DNA of 64,000 nt. Origin: Leptogorgia sarmentosa. Lineage: Eukaryota. The notes beneath the pieces are model-generated. The model was not told the origin of the DNA. It saw nothing but the letters and a program-made list of their open reading frames with translations, and ran no database searches. Below, in pieces: positions 23,580 through 39,600 of the stretch (positions are counted from its first letter, which is position 1; the number at the start of each line of letters is the position of its first letter). The translations under genes were made by a program, and so were the position numbers. The stretch spans positions 62,001 through 126,000 of the forward strand of contig OZ210884.1 in the NCBI GenBank assembly GCA_964658305.1. Reading direction: 5' to 3'.

Positions 23580-26500
23580 ATTATGATTAACGATCATGAT
23601 ATGATTAACGATCATGATAATGATTATCATTAACAATCATGATTATGATTAACGTTCATGATTATGATTAACGATCATGATTCGGATTAACGATCACAAT
23701 TAACAATCATGATTAGGATTAACGATCATCTTTATGATTAACGATCATGATTACCATTAACGGTTAAGATTATGATTAACAATCATGATTACGATTAACG
23801 ATCAAGATTGACCACCATGATTATGATTAACGATCATGATTATGATTAACGATCATGATTCGGATTAACGATCTTAATTAACGATCTCAATTAACGATCA
23901 TGATTAGGATTAACGATCATGATTATGATTAACGATCATGATTAGGATTAACGATCATGATTAGGATTAACGATCACAATTTTGATTAACGATCTGGATT
24001 ATGATTAACGATCATGATTATAATTAACTATCATGATTACGATTAACGATTTAATTAACGATCATGATTAGGATTAACGATCATGATTATGATTAACGAT
24101 CATGATTAGCATTAACGATCATGATTAGGATTAACGATCATAATTTTGATTAACGATCTGGATTATGATTAACGATCATGATTATGATTAACGATCATCA
24201 TTATGACTAACGATCATAATTCTGATTAACGATGAACATTATGATCAACGATCATGAATATGATTAACGATCATAATTTTGATTAACGATCATGATTATG
24301 ATTTACGATCATGATTATAATTAACTATCATGATTACGATTAACGATCATGATTAACGATCATGATTACGATAAACGTTCATGAATATAATTAGGGAACA
24401 TGATTAAGATTAACGATCATGATTAACGACCATGATTATGATCAGCGATCATGTTTATGATAAACAATCATGATTATAATTAACTATCATGATTACGATT
24501 AACGATCATGATTAGCGATCATGATTAGGATTAACGATCATGATTAGGTCTAACGATCATGATTGTGATTTACGATCATGATTATAATTAACTATCATGA
24601 TTACGATTAACGATCATGATTAACGATCATGATTAGGATTAACGATCATGATTATGATTATGATTAACAATCATGATTATGATTAAAGATCATGATTATG
24701 ATTAACGATTAAGATTATGATTAACGATCACGATGATGATTAACGATCATCATTAGAATTAACGATCATGATAGTGATTAACGATCATGATTATGATCAA
24801 CGATCATGATTATGATAAACAATCATGATTATAATTAACTATCTTGATTACGGTTACCGATCTTGATTAACGATTAAGTTTATGATTAACGATCATGATT
24901 ATGATTAACGATCATGATTATGACTAACGATTATGATTCTTGTCAACGATCACGATTAGGATTGACGACCATGATTATGTTTAACGATCACGATTATGAT
25001 TAACGAATAAGTTTGTGATTAACGAGCATGATTATGATTAACGATCATGATTATGACTAACGATTATGATTATGATTATGATCAACAATCATGATTATGA
25101 TTAACGATCACAATTAACAATCATGATTAGGATTAACGATCATCTTTATGATTAACGATCATGATTACCATTAACGGTTAAGATTATGATTAACAATCAT
25201 GATTACGATTAACGATCAAGATTGACCACCATGATTATGATTAACGATCATGATTATGATTAACGATCATGATTCGGATTAACGATCTTAATTAACGATC
25301 TCAATTAACGATCATGATTAGGATTAACGATCATGATTATGATTAACGATCATGATTAGGATTAACGATCATGATTAGGATTAACGATCACAATTTTGAT
25401 TAACGATCTGGATTATGATTAACGATCATGATTATAATTAACTATCATGATTACGATTAACGATCTTAATTAACGATCATGATTAGGATTAACGATCATG
25501 ATTATGATTAACGATCATGATTAGCATTAACGATCATGATTAGGATTAACGATCATAATTTTGATTAACGATCTGGATTATGATTAACGATCATGATTAT
25601 GATTAACGATCATCATTATGACTAACGATCATATTTCTGATTAACGATGAACATTATGATCAACGATCATGAATATGATTAACGATCATAATTTTGATTA
25701 ACGATCATGATTATGATTTACGATCATGATTATAATTAACTATCATGATTACGATTAACGATCATGATTAACGATCATGATTACGATAAACGTTCATGAA
25801 TATAATTAGGGAACATGATTAAGATTAACGATCATGATTAACGACCATGATTATGATCAGCGATCATGTTTATGATAAACAATCATGATTATAATTAACT
25901 ATCATGATTACGATTAACGATCATGATTAGCGATCATGATTAGGATTAACGATCATGATTAGGTCTAACGATCATGATTGTGATTTACGATCATGATTAT
26001 AATTAACTATCATGATTACGATTAACGATCATGATTAACGATCATGATTAGGATTAACGATCATGATTATGATTATGATTAACAATCATGATTATGATTA
26101 AAGATCATGATTATGATTAACGATTAAGATTATGATTAACGATCACGATGATGATTAACGATCATCATTAGAATTAACGATCATGATAGTGATTAACGAT
26201 CATGATTATGATCAACGATCACGATTATGATAAACAATCATGATTATAATTAACTATCTTGATTACGGTTACCGATCTTGATTAACGATTAAGTTTATGA
26301 TTAACGATCATGATTATGATTAACGATCATGATTATGACTAACGATTATGATTCTTGTCAACGATCATGATTAGGATTGACGACCATGATTATGTTTAAC
26401 GATCACGATTATGATTAACGAATAAGTTTGTGATTAACGAGCATGATTATGATTAACGATCATGATTATGACTAACGATTATGATTATGATTATGATCAA

Positions 26501-27650
26501 CAATCATGATTATGATTAACGATCATGATTATGATTAACGATCATGATCATCATTTGTTATCATGATTATGATTAATGATCATGATTCTGATTAACGATC
26601 ATGATTAGGATTAACGACCATGATTAACGATCATGATTAGAATTAACGATCATGATCAACGATCATGATTAGGATTAACGATCATGATTATGATTAACGA
26701 TCATGATTAGGACTATGATTAACAATCATGATTATGATTAACGATCATGATTATGATTAAAGATTATGATTATGATTATGATTAACGATCATGATTATGA
26801 TTAACGATCACAATTCGGATTAACGATCATGATAATGATTAACGATCATGATTATGATTAACGATCATGATTATGATTAACGATTAAGATTATGATTAAC
26901 AATCATGATTTCGATTAACGATCATGATTGACCATCATGATTAGGATTAACGATCATGATAATGATTTACGATCATGATTATAATTAACTATCTTGATTA
27001 CGATTAACGATCATGATTAACGATCATGATTAACGACTATGATTATGATCAACGATCATAATTATGATAAACAATCATGATTAGAATTAACTATCATGAT
27101 TACGATTAACGATCATGATTAACGATTTAGTTTATGATTAACGATCATGATTCGGATTAACGATCATAATTAACGATCATGATTAGGATTAACGATCATG
27201 ATTATGATTAACGATCATGATTACGATTAACGGTTAAGATTATGATTAACAATCATGATTACGATTAACCATCATGATTGACCACCATGATTATGATTAA
27301 CGATCATGATTATGATTCACGATCACGATTCCAATTACCGATCTTAATTAACGATCATGATTAGGATTAACGATCATGATTATAATTAACTATAATGATT
27401 ACGATTAACGATCATGATTAACGATCATGATTAGGATTAACGATCATGATTAGGATTAACGATCATGATATGATTAACGATCATGATTATGATTAGGATT
27501 AACAACCATGATTATGATTAACGATCATGATTATGATTAACGATCATGATTCGGATTAACGATCATAATTAACGATCATGATAAGGATTACCGATCATGA
27601 TTATGATTAACGATCATGATTATGATTAACGATCATAATTACGATTACGA

Positions 27651-30600
27651 TCAACTTCGTATGAACAAATCAAAATCATTATTATCAATGTAAACACACT
27701 CTGCAACATCGCTAGAGTGTGATTTTTTGCATTTGAAGAGTTTTAAAATTTCAAACTTTAGTCAAATTCATGATCATTTTTGACACATTTTCCAACTTGG
27801 TATGAACAAATCAAAATCATTATTATCAATGTAAACACACTCTGCAGCATCACTGGAGGGAGATTTTTAGCATCTGAAGAGTTTTAAAATTTCAAACATT
27901 AGTCAAAATCATGATCATTTTCGACACATTTTCCAACTTCGTACGAACAAATCAAAATCATTTTTATCAATGTAAACACGCTCTGCAACATCGCTAGAGT
28001 GTGATTTTTGGCATTTGAAGAGTTTTAAAATTTCAAACTTTAGTCAAAATCATGATCATTTTCGACACATTTTCCAACTTCGTACGAACAAATCAAAATC
28101 ATTATTATCAATGTGAACACACTCTGCAGCATCACTGGAGGGAGATTTTTAGCATCTGAAGAGTTTTAAAATTTCAAACATTAGTCAAAATCATGATCAT
28201 TTTCGACACATTTTCCAACTTGGTATTAACAAATCAAAATCATTATTATCAATGTAAACACACTCTGCAACATCGCTAGTGTGTGATTTTTTGCATTTGA
28301 AGAGTTTTAAAATTTCAAACTTTAGTCAAATTCATGATCATTTTCGACACATTTTCCAACTTCGTACGAACAAACCAAAATCATTATTATCAATGTAAAC
28401 ACACTCTGCAACATCGCTAGTGTGTGATTTTTTGCATTTGAAGAGTTTTAAAATTTCAAACTTTAGTCAAATTCATGATCATTTTCGACACATTTTCCAA
28501 CTTCGTAAGAACAAATCAAAATCATTGTTATCAATGTAAACACGCTCTGCAACATCGCTAGAGTGTGATTTTTTGCATTTGAAGAGTTTTAAAATTTCAA
28601 ACTTTAGTCAAATTCATGATCATTTTTGACACATTTTCCAACTTGGTATGAACAAATCAAAATCATTATTATCAATGTAAACACACTCTGCAGCATCACT
28701 GGAGGGAGATTTTTAGCATCTGAAGAGTTTTAAAATTTCAAACATTAGTCAAAATCATGATCATTTTTGACACATTTTCCAACTTGGTATGAACAAATCA
28801 AAATCATTATTATCAATGTAAACACACTCTGCAACATCGCTAGAGTGTGATTTTTTGCATTTGAAGAGTTTTAAAATTTCAAACATTAGTCAAAATCATG
28901 ATCATTTTCGACACATTTTCCAACTTCGTACGAACAAATCAAAATCATTGTTATCAATGTAAACACGCTCTGCAACATCGCTAGAGTGTGATTTTTGTCA
29001 TTTGAAGAGTTTTAAAATTTCAAATCTTAGTCAAATTCATGATCATTTTTGACACATTTTCCAACTTGGTATGAACAAATCAAAATCATTATTATCAATG
29101 TAAACACACTCTGCAGCATCACTGGAGGGAGATTTTTAGCATCTGAAGAGTTTTAAAATTTCAAAAATTAGTCAAAATCATGATCATTTTTGACACATTT
29201 TCCAACTTGGTATGAACAAATCAAAATCATTATTATCAATGTAAACACACTCTGCAGCATCACTGGAGGGAGATTTTTAGCATCTGAAGAGTTTTAAAAT
29301 ACAAACATTAGTCAAAATCATGATCATTTTCGACACATTTTCCAACTTCGTACGAACAAATCAAAATCATTGTTATCAATGTAAACACGCTCTGCAACAT
29401 CGCTAGAGTGTGATTTTTGCCATTTGAAGAGTTTTAAAATTTCAAACTTTAGTCAAATTCATGATCATTTTTGACACATTTTCCAACTTGGTATGAACAA
29501 ATCAAAATCATTATTATCAATGTAAACACACTCTGCAACATCGCTAGAGTGTGATTTTTTGCATTTGAAGAGTTTTAAAATTTCAAACTTTAGCCAAATT
29601 CATGATCATTTTTGACACATTTTCCAACTTGGTATGAACAAATCAAAATCATTATTTTCAATGTAAACACACTCTGCAGCATCACTGGAGGGAGATTTTT
29701 AGCATCTGAAGAGTTTTAAAATTTCAAACATTAGTCAAAATCATGATCATTTTCGACACATTTTCCAACTTGGTATGAACAAATCAAAATCATTATTATC
29801 AATGTAAACACACTCTGCAGCATCACTGGAGGGAGATTTTTAGCATCTGAAGAGTTTTAAAATTTCAAACATTAGTCAAAATCATGATCATTTTTGACAC
29901 ATTTTCCAACTTGGTATGAACAAATCAAAATCATTATTATCAATGTAAACACACTCTGCAACATCGCTGGAGTGTGATTTTTTGCATTTGAAGAGTTTTA
30001 AAATTTCAAACTTTAGTCAAAATCATGATCATTTTCGACACATTTTCCAACTTCGTACGAACAAATCAAAATCCTTGTTATCAATGTAAACACGCTCTGC
30101 AACATCGCTAGAGTGTGATTTTTGGCATTTGAAGAGTTTTAAAATTTCAAACTTTAGTCAAATTCATGATCATTTTTGACACATTTTCCAACTTGGTATG
30201 AACAAATCAAAATCATTATTATCAATGTAAACACACTCTGCAGCATCACTGGAGGGAGATTTTTAGCATCCGAAGAGTTTTAAAATTTCAAACATTAGCC
30301 AAAATCGTGATCATTTTCGACACATTTTCCAACTTGGTATGAACAAATCAAAATCATTATTATCAATGTAAACACACTCTGCAACATCGCTAGAGTGTGA
30401 TTTTTTGCATTTGAAGAGTTTTAAAATTTCAAACTTTAGTCAAAATCATGATCATTTTCGACACATTTTCCAACTTCGTACGAACAAATCAAAATCATTG
30501 TTATCAATGTAAACACGCTCTGCAACATCGCTAGAGTGTGATTTTTGGCATTTGAAGAGTTTTAAAATTTCAAACTTTAGTCAAATTCATGATCATTTTT

Positions 30601-33600
30601 GACACATTTTCCAACTTGGTATGAACAAATCAAAATCATTATTATCAATGTAAACACACTCTGCAGCATCACTGGAGGGAGATTTTTAGCATCTGAAGAG
30701 TTTTAAAATTTCAAACATTAGTCAAATTGATGATCATTTTTGACACATTTTCCAACTTGGCATGAACAAATCAAAATCATTATTATCAATGTAAACACAC
30801 TCTGCAACATCGCTAGAGTGTGATTTTTTGCATTTGAAGAGTTTTAAAATTTCAAACTTTAGTCAAATTCATGATCATTTTTGACACATTTTCCAACTTG
30901 GTATGAACAAATCAAAATCATTATTATCAATGTAAACACACTCTCCAACATCGCTAGAGTGTGATTTTTTGCATTTGAAGAGTTTTAAAATTTCAAACTT
31001 TAGTCAAATTCATGATCATTTTTGACACATTTTCCAACTTGGTATGAACAAATCAAAATCATTATTATGAATGTAAACACACTCTGCAGCATCACTGGAG
31101 GGAGATTTTTAGCATCTGAAGAGTTTTAAAATTTCAAACATTAGTCAAAATCATGATCATTTTCGACACATTTTCCAACTTGGTATGAACAAATCAAAAT
31201 CATTATTATCAATGTAAACACACTCTGCAACATCGCTAGAGTGTGATTTTTTGCATTTGAAGAGTTTTAAAATTTCAAACATTAGTCAAAATCATGATCA
31301 TTTTCGACACATTTTCCAACTTGGTATGAACAAATCAAAATCATTATTATCAATGTAAACACACTCTGCAACATCGCTAGAGTGTGATTTTTTGCATTTG
31401 AAGAGTTTTAAAATTTCAAACTTTAGTCAAATTCATGATCATTTTTGACAGATTTTCCAACTTGGTATGAACAAATCAAAATCATTATTATCAATTTAAA
31501 CACACTCTGCAGCATCACTGGAGGGAGATTTTTAGCATCTGAAGAGTTTTAAAATTTCAAACATTAGTCAAATTGATGATCATTTTTGACACATTTTCCA
31601 ACTTGGTATGAACAAATCAAAATCATTATTATCAATGTAAACACACTCTGCAGCATCACTGGAGGGAGATTTTTAGCATCTGAAGAGTTTTAAAATTTCA
31701 AACATTAGTCAAATTCATGATCATTTTTGACACATTTTCCCACTTGGTATGAACAAATCAAAATCATTATTATCAATGTAAACACACTCTGCAACATCGC
31801 TAGAGTGTGATTTTTTGCATTTGAAGAGTTTTAAAATTTCAAACTTTAGTCAAATTCATGATCATTTTTGACACATTTTCCAACTTGGTATGAACAAATC
31901 AAAATCATTATTATCAATGTAAACACACTCTCCAACATCGCTAGAGTGTGATTTTTTGCATTTGAAGAGTTTTAAAATTTCAAACTTTAGTCAAATTTAT
32001 GATCATTTTTGACACATTTTCCAACTTGGTATGAACAAATCAAAATCATTATTATGAATGTAAACACACTCTGCAGCATCACTGGAGGGAGATTTTTAGC
32101 ATCTGAAGAGTTTTAAAATTTCAAACATTAGTCAAAATCATGATCATTTTCGACACATTTTCCAACTTGGTATGAACAAATCAAAATCATTATTATCAAT
32201 GTAAACACACTCTGCAACATCGCTAGAGTGTGATTTTTTGCATTTGAAGAGTTTTAAAATTTCAAACATTAGTCAAAATCATGATCATTTTCGACACATT
32301 TTCCAACTTGGTATGAACAAATCAAAATCATTATTATCAATGTAAACACACTCTGCAACATCGCTAGAGTGTGATTTTTTGCATTTGAAGAGTTTTAAAA
32401 TTTCAAACTTTAGTCAAAATCATGATCATTTTCGACACATTTTCCAACTTCGTACGAACAAATCAAAATCATTGTTATCAATGTAAACACGCTCTGCAAC
32501 ATCGCTAGAGTGTGATTTTTTGCATTTGAAGAGTTTTAAAATTTCAAACATTAGTCAAAATCATGATCATTTTGGACACATTTTCCAACTTGGTATGAAC
32601 AAATCAAAATCATTATTATCAAGGTAAACACACTCTGCAACATCGCTAGAGTGTGATTTTTTATCATTTGAAGAGTTTTAAAATTTCAAACTTTAGTCAA
32701 AATCATGATCATTTTCGACACATTTTCCAACTTCGTACGAACAAATCAAAATCATTGTTATCAATGTAAACACGCTCTGCAACATCGCTAGAGTGTGATT
32801 TTTGGCATTTGAAGAGTTTTAAAATTTCAAACTTTAGTCAAATTCATGATCATTTTTGACACATTTTCCAACTTGGTATGAACAAATCAAAATCATTATT
32901 ATCAATGTAAACACACTCTGCAACATCGCTAGAGTGTGATTTTTTGCATTTGAAGAGTTTTAAAATTTCAAACTTTAGTCAAATTCATGATCATTTTTGA
33001 CACATTTTCCAACTTGGTATGAACAAATCAAAATCATTATTATCAATGTAAACACACTCTGCAGCATCACTGGAGGGAGATTTTTAGCATCTGAAGAGTT
33101 TTAAAATTTCAAACATTAGTCAAAATCATGATCATTTTCGACACATTTTCCAACTTGGTATGAACAAATCAAAATCATTATTATCAATGTAAACACGCTC
33201 TGCAACATCGCTAGAGTGTGATTTTTGGCATTTGAAGAGTTTTAAAATTTCAAACTTTAGTCAAATTCATGATCATTTTTGACACATTTTCCAACTTGGT
33301 ATGAACAAATCAAAATCATTATTATCAATTTAAACACACTCTGCAGCATCACTGGAGGGAGATTTTTAGCATCTGAAGAGTTTTAAAATTTCAAACATTA
33401 GTCAAATTCATGATCATTTTTGACACATTTTCCAACTTGGTGTGAACAAATCAAAATCATTATTATCAATGTAAACACACTCTGCAGCATCACTGGAGGG
33501 AGATTTTTAGCATCTGAAGAGTTTTAAAATTTCAAACATTAGTCAAATTCATGATCATTTTTGACACATTTTCCAACTTGGTATGAACAAATCAAAATCA

Positions 33601-36600
33601 TTATTATCAATGTAAACACACTCTGCAGCATCACTGGAGGGAGATTTTTAGCATCTGAAGAGTTTTAAAATTTCAAACATTAGTCAATTTCATGATCATT
33701 TTTGACACATTTTCCAACTTGGTATGAACAAATCAAAATCATTATTATCAATGTAAACACACTCTGCAACATCGCTAGAGTGTGATTTTTTGCATTTGAA
33801 GAGTTTTAAAATTTCAAACATTAGTCAAAATCATGATCATTTTCGACACATTTTCCAACTTGGTATGAACAAATCAAAATCATTATTATCAATGTAAACA
33901 CACTCTCCAACATCGCTAGAGTGTGATTTTTTGCATTTGAAGAGTTTTAAAATTTCAAACTTTAGTCAAATTCATGATCATTTTTGACACATTTTCCAAC
34001 TTGGTATGAACAAATCAAAATCATTATTATGAATGTAAACACACTCTGCAGCATCACTGGAGGGAGATTTTTAGCATCTGAAGAGTTTTAAAATTTCAAA
34101 CATTAGTCAAAATCATGATCATTTTCGACACATTTTCCAACTTGGTATGAACAAATCAAAATCATTATTATCAATGTAAACACACTCTGCAACATCGCTA
34201 GAGTGTGATTTTTTGCATTTGAAGAGTTTTAAAATTTCAAACATTAGTCAAAATCATGATCATTTTCGACACATTTTCCAACTTGGTATGAACAAATCAA
34301 AATCATTATTATCAATGTAAACACACTCTGCAACATCGCTAGAGTGTGATTTTTTGCATTTGAAGAGTTTTAAAATTTCAAACTTTAGTCAAAATCATGA
34401 TCATTTTCGACACATTTTCCAACTTCGTACGAACAAATCAAAATCATTGTTATCAATGTAAACACGCTCTGCAACATCGCTAGAGTGTGATTTTTGGCAT
34501 TTGAAGAGTTTTAAAATTTCAAACATTAGTCAAAATCATGATCATTTTGGACACATTTTCCAACTTGGTATGAACAAATCAAAATCATTATTATCAATGT
34601 AAACACGCTCTGCAACATCGCTAGAGTGTGATTTTTGGCATTTGAAGAGTTTTAAAATTTCAAACTTTAGTTAAATTCATGATCATTTTTGAGACATTTT
34701 CCAACTTGGTATGAACAAATCAAAATCATTATTATCAATGTAAACACACTCTGCAGCATCACTGGAGGGAGATTTTTAGCATCTGAAGAGTTTTAAAATT
34801 TCAAACATTAGTCAAAATCATGATCATTTTCGACACATTTTCCAACTTCGTACGAACAAATCAAAATCATTATTATCAATGTAAACACACTCTGCAACAT
34901 CGCTAGTGTGTGATTTTTTGCATTTGAAGAGTTTTAAAATTTCAAACTTTAGTCAAAATCATGATCATTTTCGACACATTTTCCAACTTGGTATGAACAA
35001 ATCAAAATCATTATTATCAATGTAAACACACTCTGCAGCATCACTGGAGGGAGATTTTTAGCATCTGAAGAGTTTTAAAATTTCAAACATTAGTCAAAAT
35101 CATGATCATTTTCGACACATTTTCCAACTTGGTATGAACAAATCAAAATCATTATTATCAATGTAAACACGCTCTGCAACATCGCTAGAGTGTGATTTTT
35201 GGCATTTGAAGAGTTTTAAAATTTCAAACTTTAGTCAAATTCATGATCATTTTTGACACATTTTCCAACTTGGTATGAACAAATCAAAATCATTATTATC
35301 AATGTAAACACACTCTGCAGCATCACTGGAGGGAGATTTTTAGCATCTGAAGAGTTTTAAAATTTCAAACATTAGTCAAATTCATGATCATTTTTGACAC
35401 ATTTTCCAACTTGGTATGAACAAATCAAAACCATTATTATCAATGTAAACACACTCTGCAGCATCACTGGAGGGAGATTTTTAGCATCTGAAGAGTTTTA
35501 AAATTTCAAACATTAGTCAAATTCATGATCATTTTTGACACATTTTCCAACTTGGTATGAACAAATCAAAATCATTATTATCAATGTAAACACACTCTGC
35601 AACATCGCTAGAGTGTGATTTTTTGCATTTGAAGAGTTTTAAAATTTCAAACTTTAGTCAAATTCATGATCATTTTTGACAGATTTTCCAACTTGGTATG
35701 AACAAATCAAAATCATTATTATCAATTTAAACACACTCTGCAGCATCACTGGAGGGAGATTTTTAGCATCTGAAGAGTTTTACAATTTCAAACATTAGTC
35801 AAATTCATGATCATTTTTGACACATTTTCCAACTTGGTGTGAACAAATCAAAATCATTATTATCAATGTAAACACACTCTGCAGCATCACTGGAGGGAGA
35901 TTTTTAGCATCTGAAGAGTTTTAAAATTTCAAACATTAGTCAATTTCATGATCATTTTTGACACATTTTCCAACTTGGTATGAACAAATCAAAATCATTA
36001 TTATCAATGTAAACACACTCTCCAACATCGCTAGAGTGTGATTTTTTGCATTTGAAGAGTTTTAAAATTTCAAACTTTAGTCAAATTCATGATCATTTTT
36101 GACACATTTTCCAACTTGGTATGAACAAATCAAAATCATTATTATCAATGTAAACACACTCTCCAACATCGCTAGAGTGTGATTTTTGGCATTTGAAGAG
36201 TTTTAAAATTTCAAACCTTAGTCAAATTCATGATCATTTTTGACACATTTTCCAACTTGGTATGAACAAATCAAAATCATTATTATCAATGTAAACACAA
36301 TCTGCAGCATCACTGGAGGGAGATTTTTAGCATCTGAAGAGTTTTAAAATTCCAAACATTAGTCAAAATCATGATCATTTTCGACACATTTTCCAACTTG
36401 GTATGAACAAATCAAAATCATTATTATCAATGTAAACACACTCTGCAACATCGCTAGAGTGTGATTTTTTGCATTTGAAGAGTTTTAAAATTTCAAACTT
36501 TAGTCAAAATCATGATCGTTTTCGACACATTTTCCAACTTCGTACGAACAAATCAAAATCATTGTTATGAATGTAAACACGCTCTGTAACATCGCTAGAG

Positions 36601-39600
36601 TGTGATTTTTCGCATTTGAAGAGTTTTAAAATTTCAAACTTCAGTCAAATTCATGATCATTTTTGACACATTTTCCAACTTGGTATGAACAAATCAAAAT
36701 CATTGTTATCAATGTAAACACGCTCTGCAACATCGCTAGAGTGTGATTTTTGGCATTTGAAGAGTTTTGAAATTTCAAACTTTAGTCAAATTCATGATCA
36801 TTTTTGACACATTTTCCAACTTGGTATGAACAAATCAAAATCATTATTATCAATGTAAACACACTCTGCAGCATCACTGGAGGGAGATTTTTAGCATCTG
36901 AAGAGTTTTAAAATTTCAAACATTAGTCAAAATCATGATCATTTTCGACACATTTTCCAACTTCGTACGAACAAATCAAAATCATTATTATCAATGTAAA
37001 CACACTCTGCAACATCGCTAGTGTGTGATTTTTTGCATTTGAAGAGTTTTAAAATTTCAAACTTTAGTCAAAATCATGATCATTTTCGACACATTTTCTA
37101 ACTTGGTATGAACAAATCAAAATCATTATTATCAATGTAAACACACTCTGCAGCATCACTGGAGGGAGATTTTTAGCATCTGAAGAGTTTTAAAATTTCA
37201 AACATTAGTCAAATTCATGATCATTTTTGACACATTTTCCAACTTGGTATGAACAAATCAAAATCATTATTATCAATGTAAACACACTCTGCAACATCGC
37301 TAGAGTGTGATTTTTTGCATTTGAAGAGTTTTAAAATTTCAAACTTTAGTCAAATTCATGATCATTTTTGACACATTTTCCAACTTTGTATGAACAAATC
37401 AAAATCATTATTATCAATGTAAACACACTCTCCAACATCGCTAGAGTGTGATTTTTTCATTTGAAGAGTTTTAAAATTTCAAACTTTAGTCAAATTCATG
37501 ATCATTTTTGACACATTTTCCAACTTGGTATGAACAAATCAAAATCATTATTATCAATGTAAACACACTCTGCAGCATCACTGGAGGGAGATTTTTAGCA
37601 TCTTAAGAGTTTTAAAATTTCAAACATTAGTCAAAATCATGATCATTTTCGACACATTTTCCAACTTCGTACGAACAAATCAAAATCATTATTATCAATG
37701 TAAACACACTCTGCAACATCGCTAGTGTGTGATTTTTTGCATTTGAAGAGTTTTAAAATTTCAAACTTTAGTCAAAATCATGATCATTTTCGACACATTT
37801 TCCAACTTGGTATGAACAAATCAAAATCATTATTATCAATGTAAACACACTCTGCAGCATCACTGGAGGGAGATTTTTAGCATCTGAAGAGTTTTAAAAT
37901 TTCAAACATTAGTCAAAATCATGATCATTTTCGACACATTTTCCAACTTGGTATGAACAAATCAAAATCATTATTATCAATGTAAACACACTCTGCAACA
38001 TCGCTAGAGTGTGATTTTTTGCATTTGAAGAGTTTTACAATTTCAAACTTTAGTCAAAATCATGATCATTTTCGACACATTTTCCAACTTCGTACGAACA
38101 AATCTAAATCATTGTTATCAATGTAAACACGCTCTGCAACATCGCTAGAGTGTGATTTTTGGCATTTGAAGAGTTTTAAAATTTCAAACTTTAGTCAAAT
38201 TCATGATCATTTTTGACACATTTTCCAACTTGGTATGAACAAATCAAAATCATTATTATCAATGTAAACACACTCTGCAGCATCACTGGAGGGAGATTTT
38301 TAGCATCTGAAGAGTTTTAAAATTTCAAACATTAGTCAAATTCATGATCATTTTTGACACATTTTCCAACTTGGTATGAACAAATCAAAACCATTATTAT
38401 CAATGTAAACACACTCTGCAGCATCACTGGAGGGAGATTTTTAGCATCTGAAGAGTTTAAAAATTTCAAACATTAGTCAAATTCATGATCATTTTTGACA
38501 CATTTTCCAACTTGGTATGAACAAATCAAAATCATTATTATCAATGTAAACACACTCTGCAACATCGCTAGAGTGTGATTTTTTGCATTTGAAGAGTTTT
38601 AAAATTTCAAACTTCAGTCAAATTCATGATCATTTTTGACACATTTTCCAACTTGGTATGAACAAATCAAAATCATTGTTATCAATGTAAACACGCTCTG
38701 CAACATCGCTAGAGTGTGATTTTTGGCATTTGAAGAGTTTTGAAATTTCAAACTTTAGTCAAATTCATGATCATTTTTGACACATTTTCCAACTTGGTAT
38801 GAACAAATCAAAATCATTATTATGAATGTAAACACACTCTGCAGCATCACTGGAGGGAGATTTTTAGCATCTGAAGAGTTTTAAAATTTCAAACATTAGT
38901 CAAAATCATGATCATTTTCGACACATTTTCCAACTTCGTACGAACAAATCAAAATCATTATTATCAATGTAAACACACTCTGCAACATCGCTAGTGTGTG
39001 ATTTTTTGCATTTGAAGAGTTTTAAAATTTCAAACTTTAGTCAAAATCATGATCATTTTCGACACATTTTCCAACTTGGTATGAACAAATCAAAATCATT
39101 ATTATCAATGTAAACACACTCTGCAGCATCACTGGAGGGAGATTTTTAGCATCTGAAGAGTTTTAAAATTTCAAACATTAGTCAAATTCATGATCATTTT
39201 TGACACATTTTCCAACTTGGTATGAACAAATCAAAATCATTATTATCAATGTAAACACACTCTGCAACATCGCTAGAGTGTGATTTTTTGCATTTGAAGA
39301 GTTTTAAAATTTCAAACTTTAGTCAAATTCATGATCATTTTTGACACATTTTCCAACTTTGTATGAACAAATCAAAATCATTATTATCAATGTAAACACA
39401 CTCTCCAACATCGCTAGGGTGTGATTTTTTCATTTGAAGAGTTTTAAAATTTCAAACTTTAGTCAAATTCATGATCATTTTTGACACATTTTCCAACTTG
39501 GTATGAACAAATCAAAATCATTATTATCAATGTAAACACACTCTGCAGCATCACTGGAGGGAGATTTTTAGCATCTGAAGAGTTTTAAAATTTCAAACAT

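Larger units (their letters stand above)
15203..27650 (-). repeat. 19-bp satellite array in reverse orientation (AACGATCATGATTATGATT) with kb-scale internal duplications
   Basis: Tandem units read directly. Rare variants recur at ~2.5-kb and 1415-bp spacing. Confidence 0.97.

Noticed and set aside
10181..27650. 19-bp repeat as a telomeric repeat
   Set aside because: Not G-rich, internal, present in both orientations and heterogeneous.
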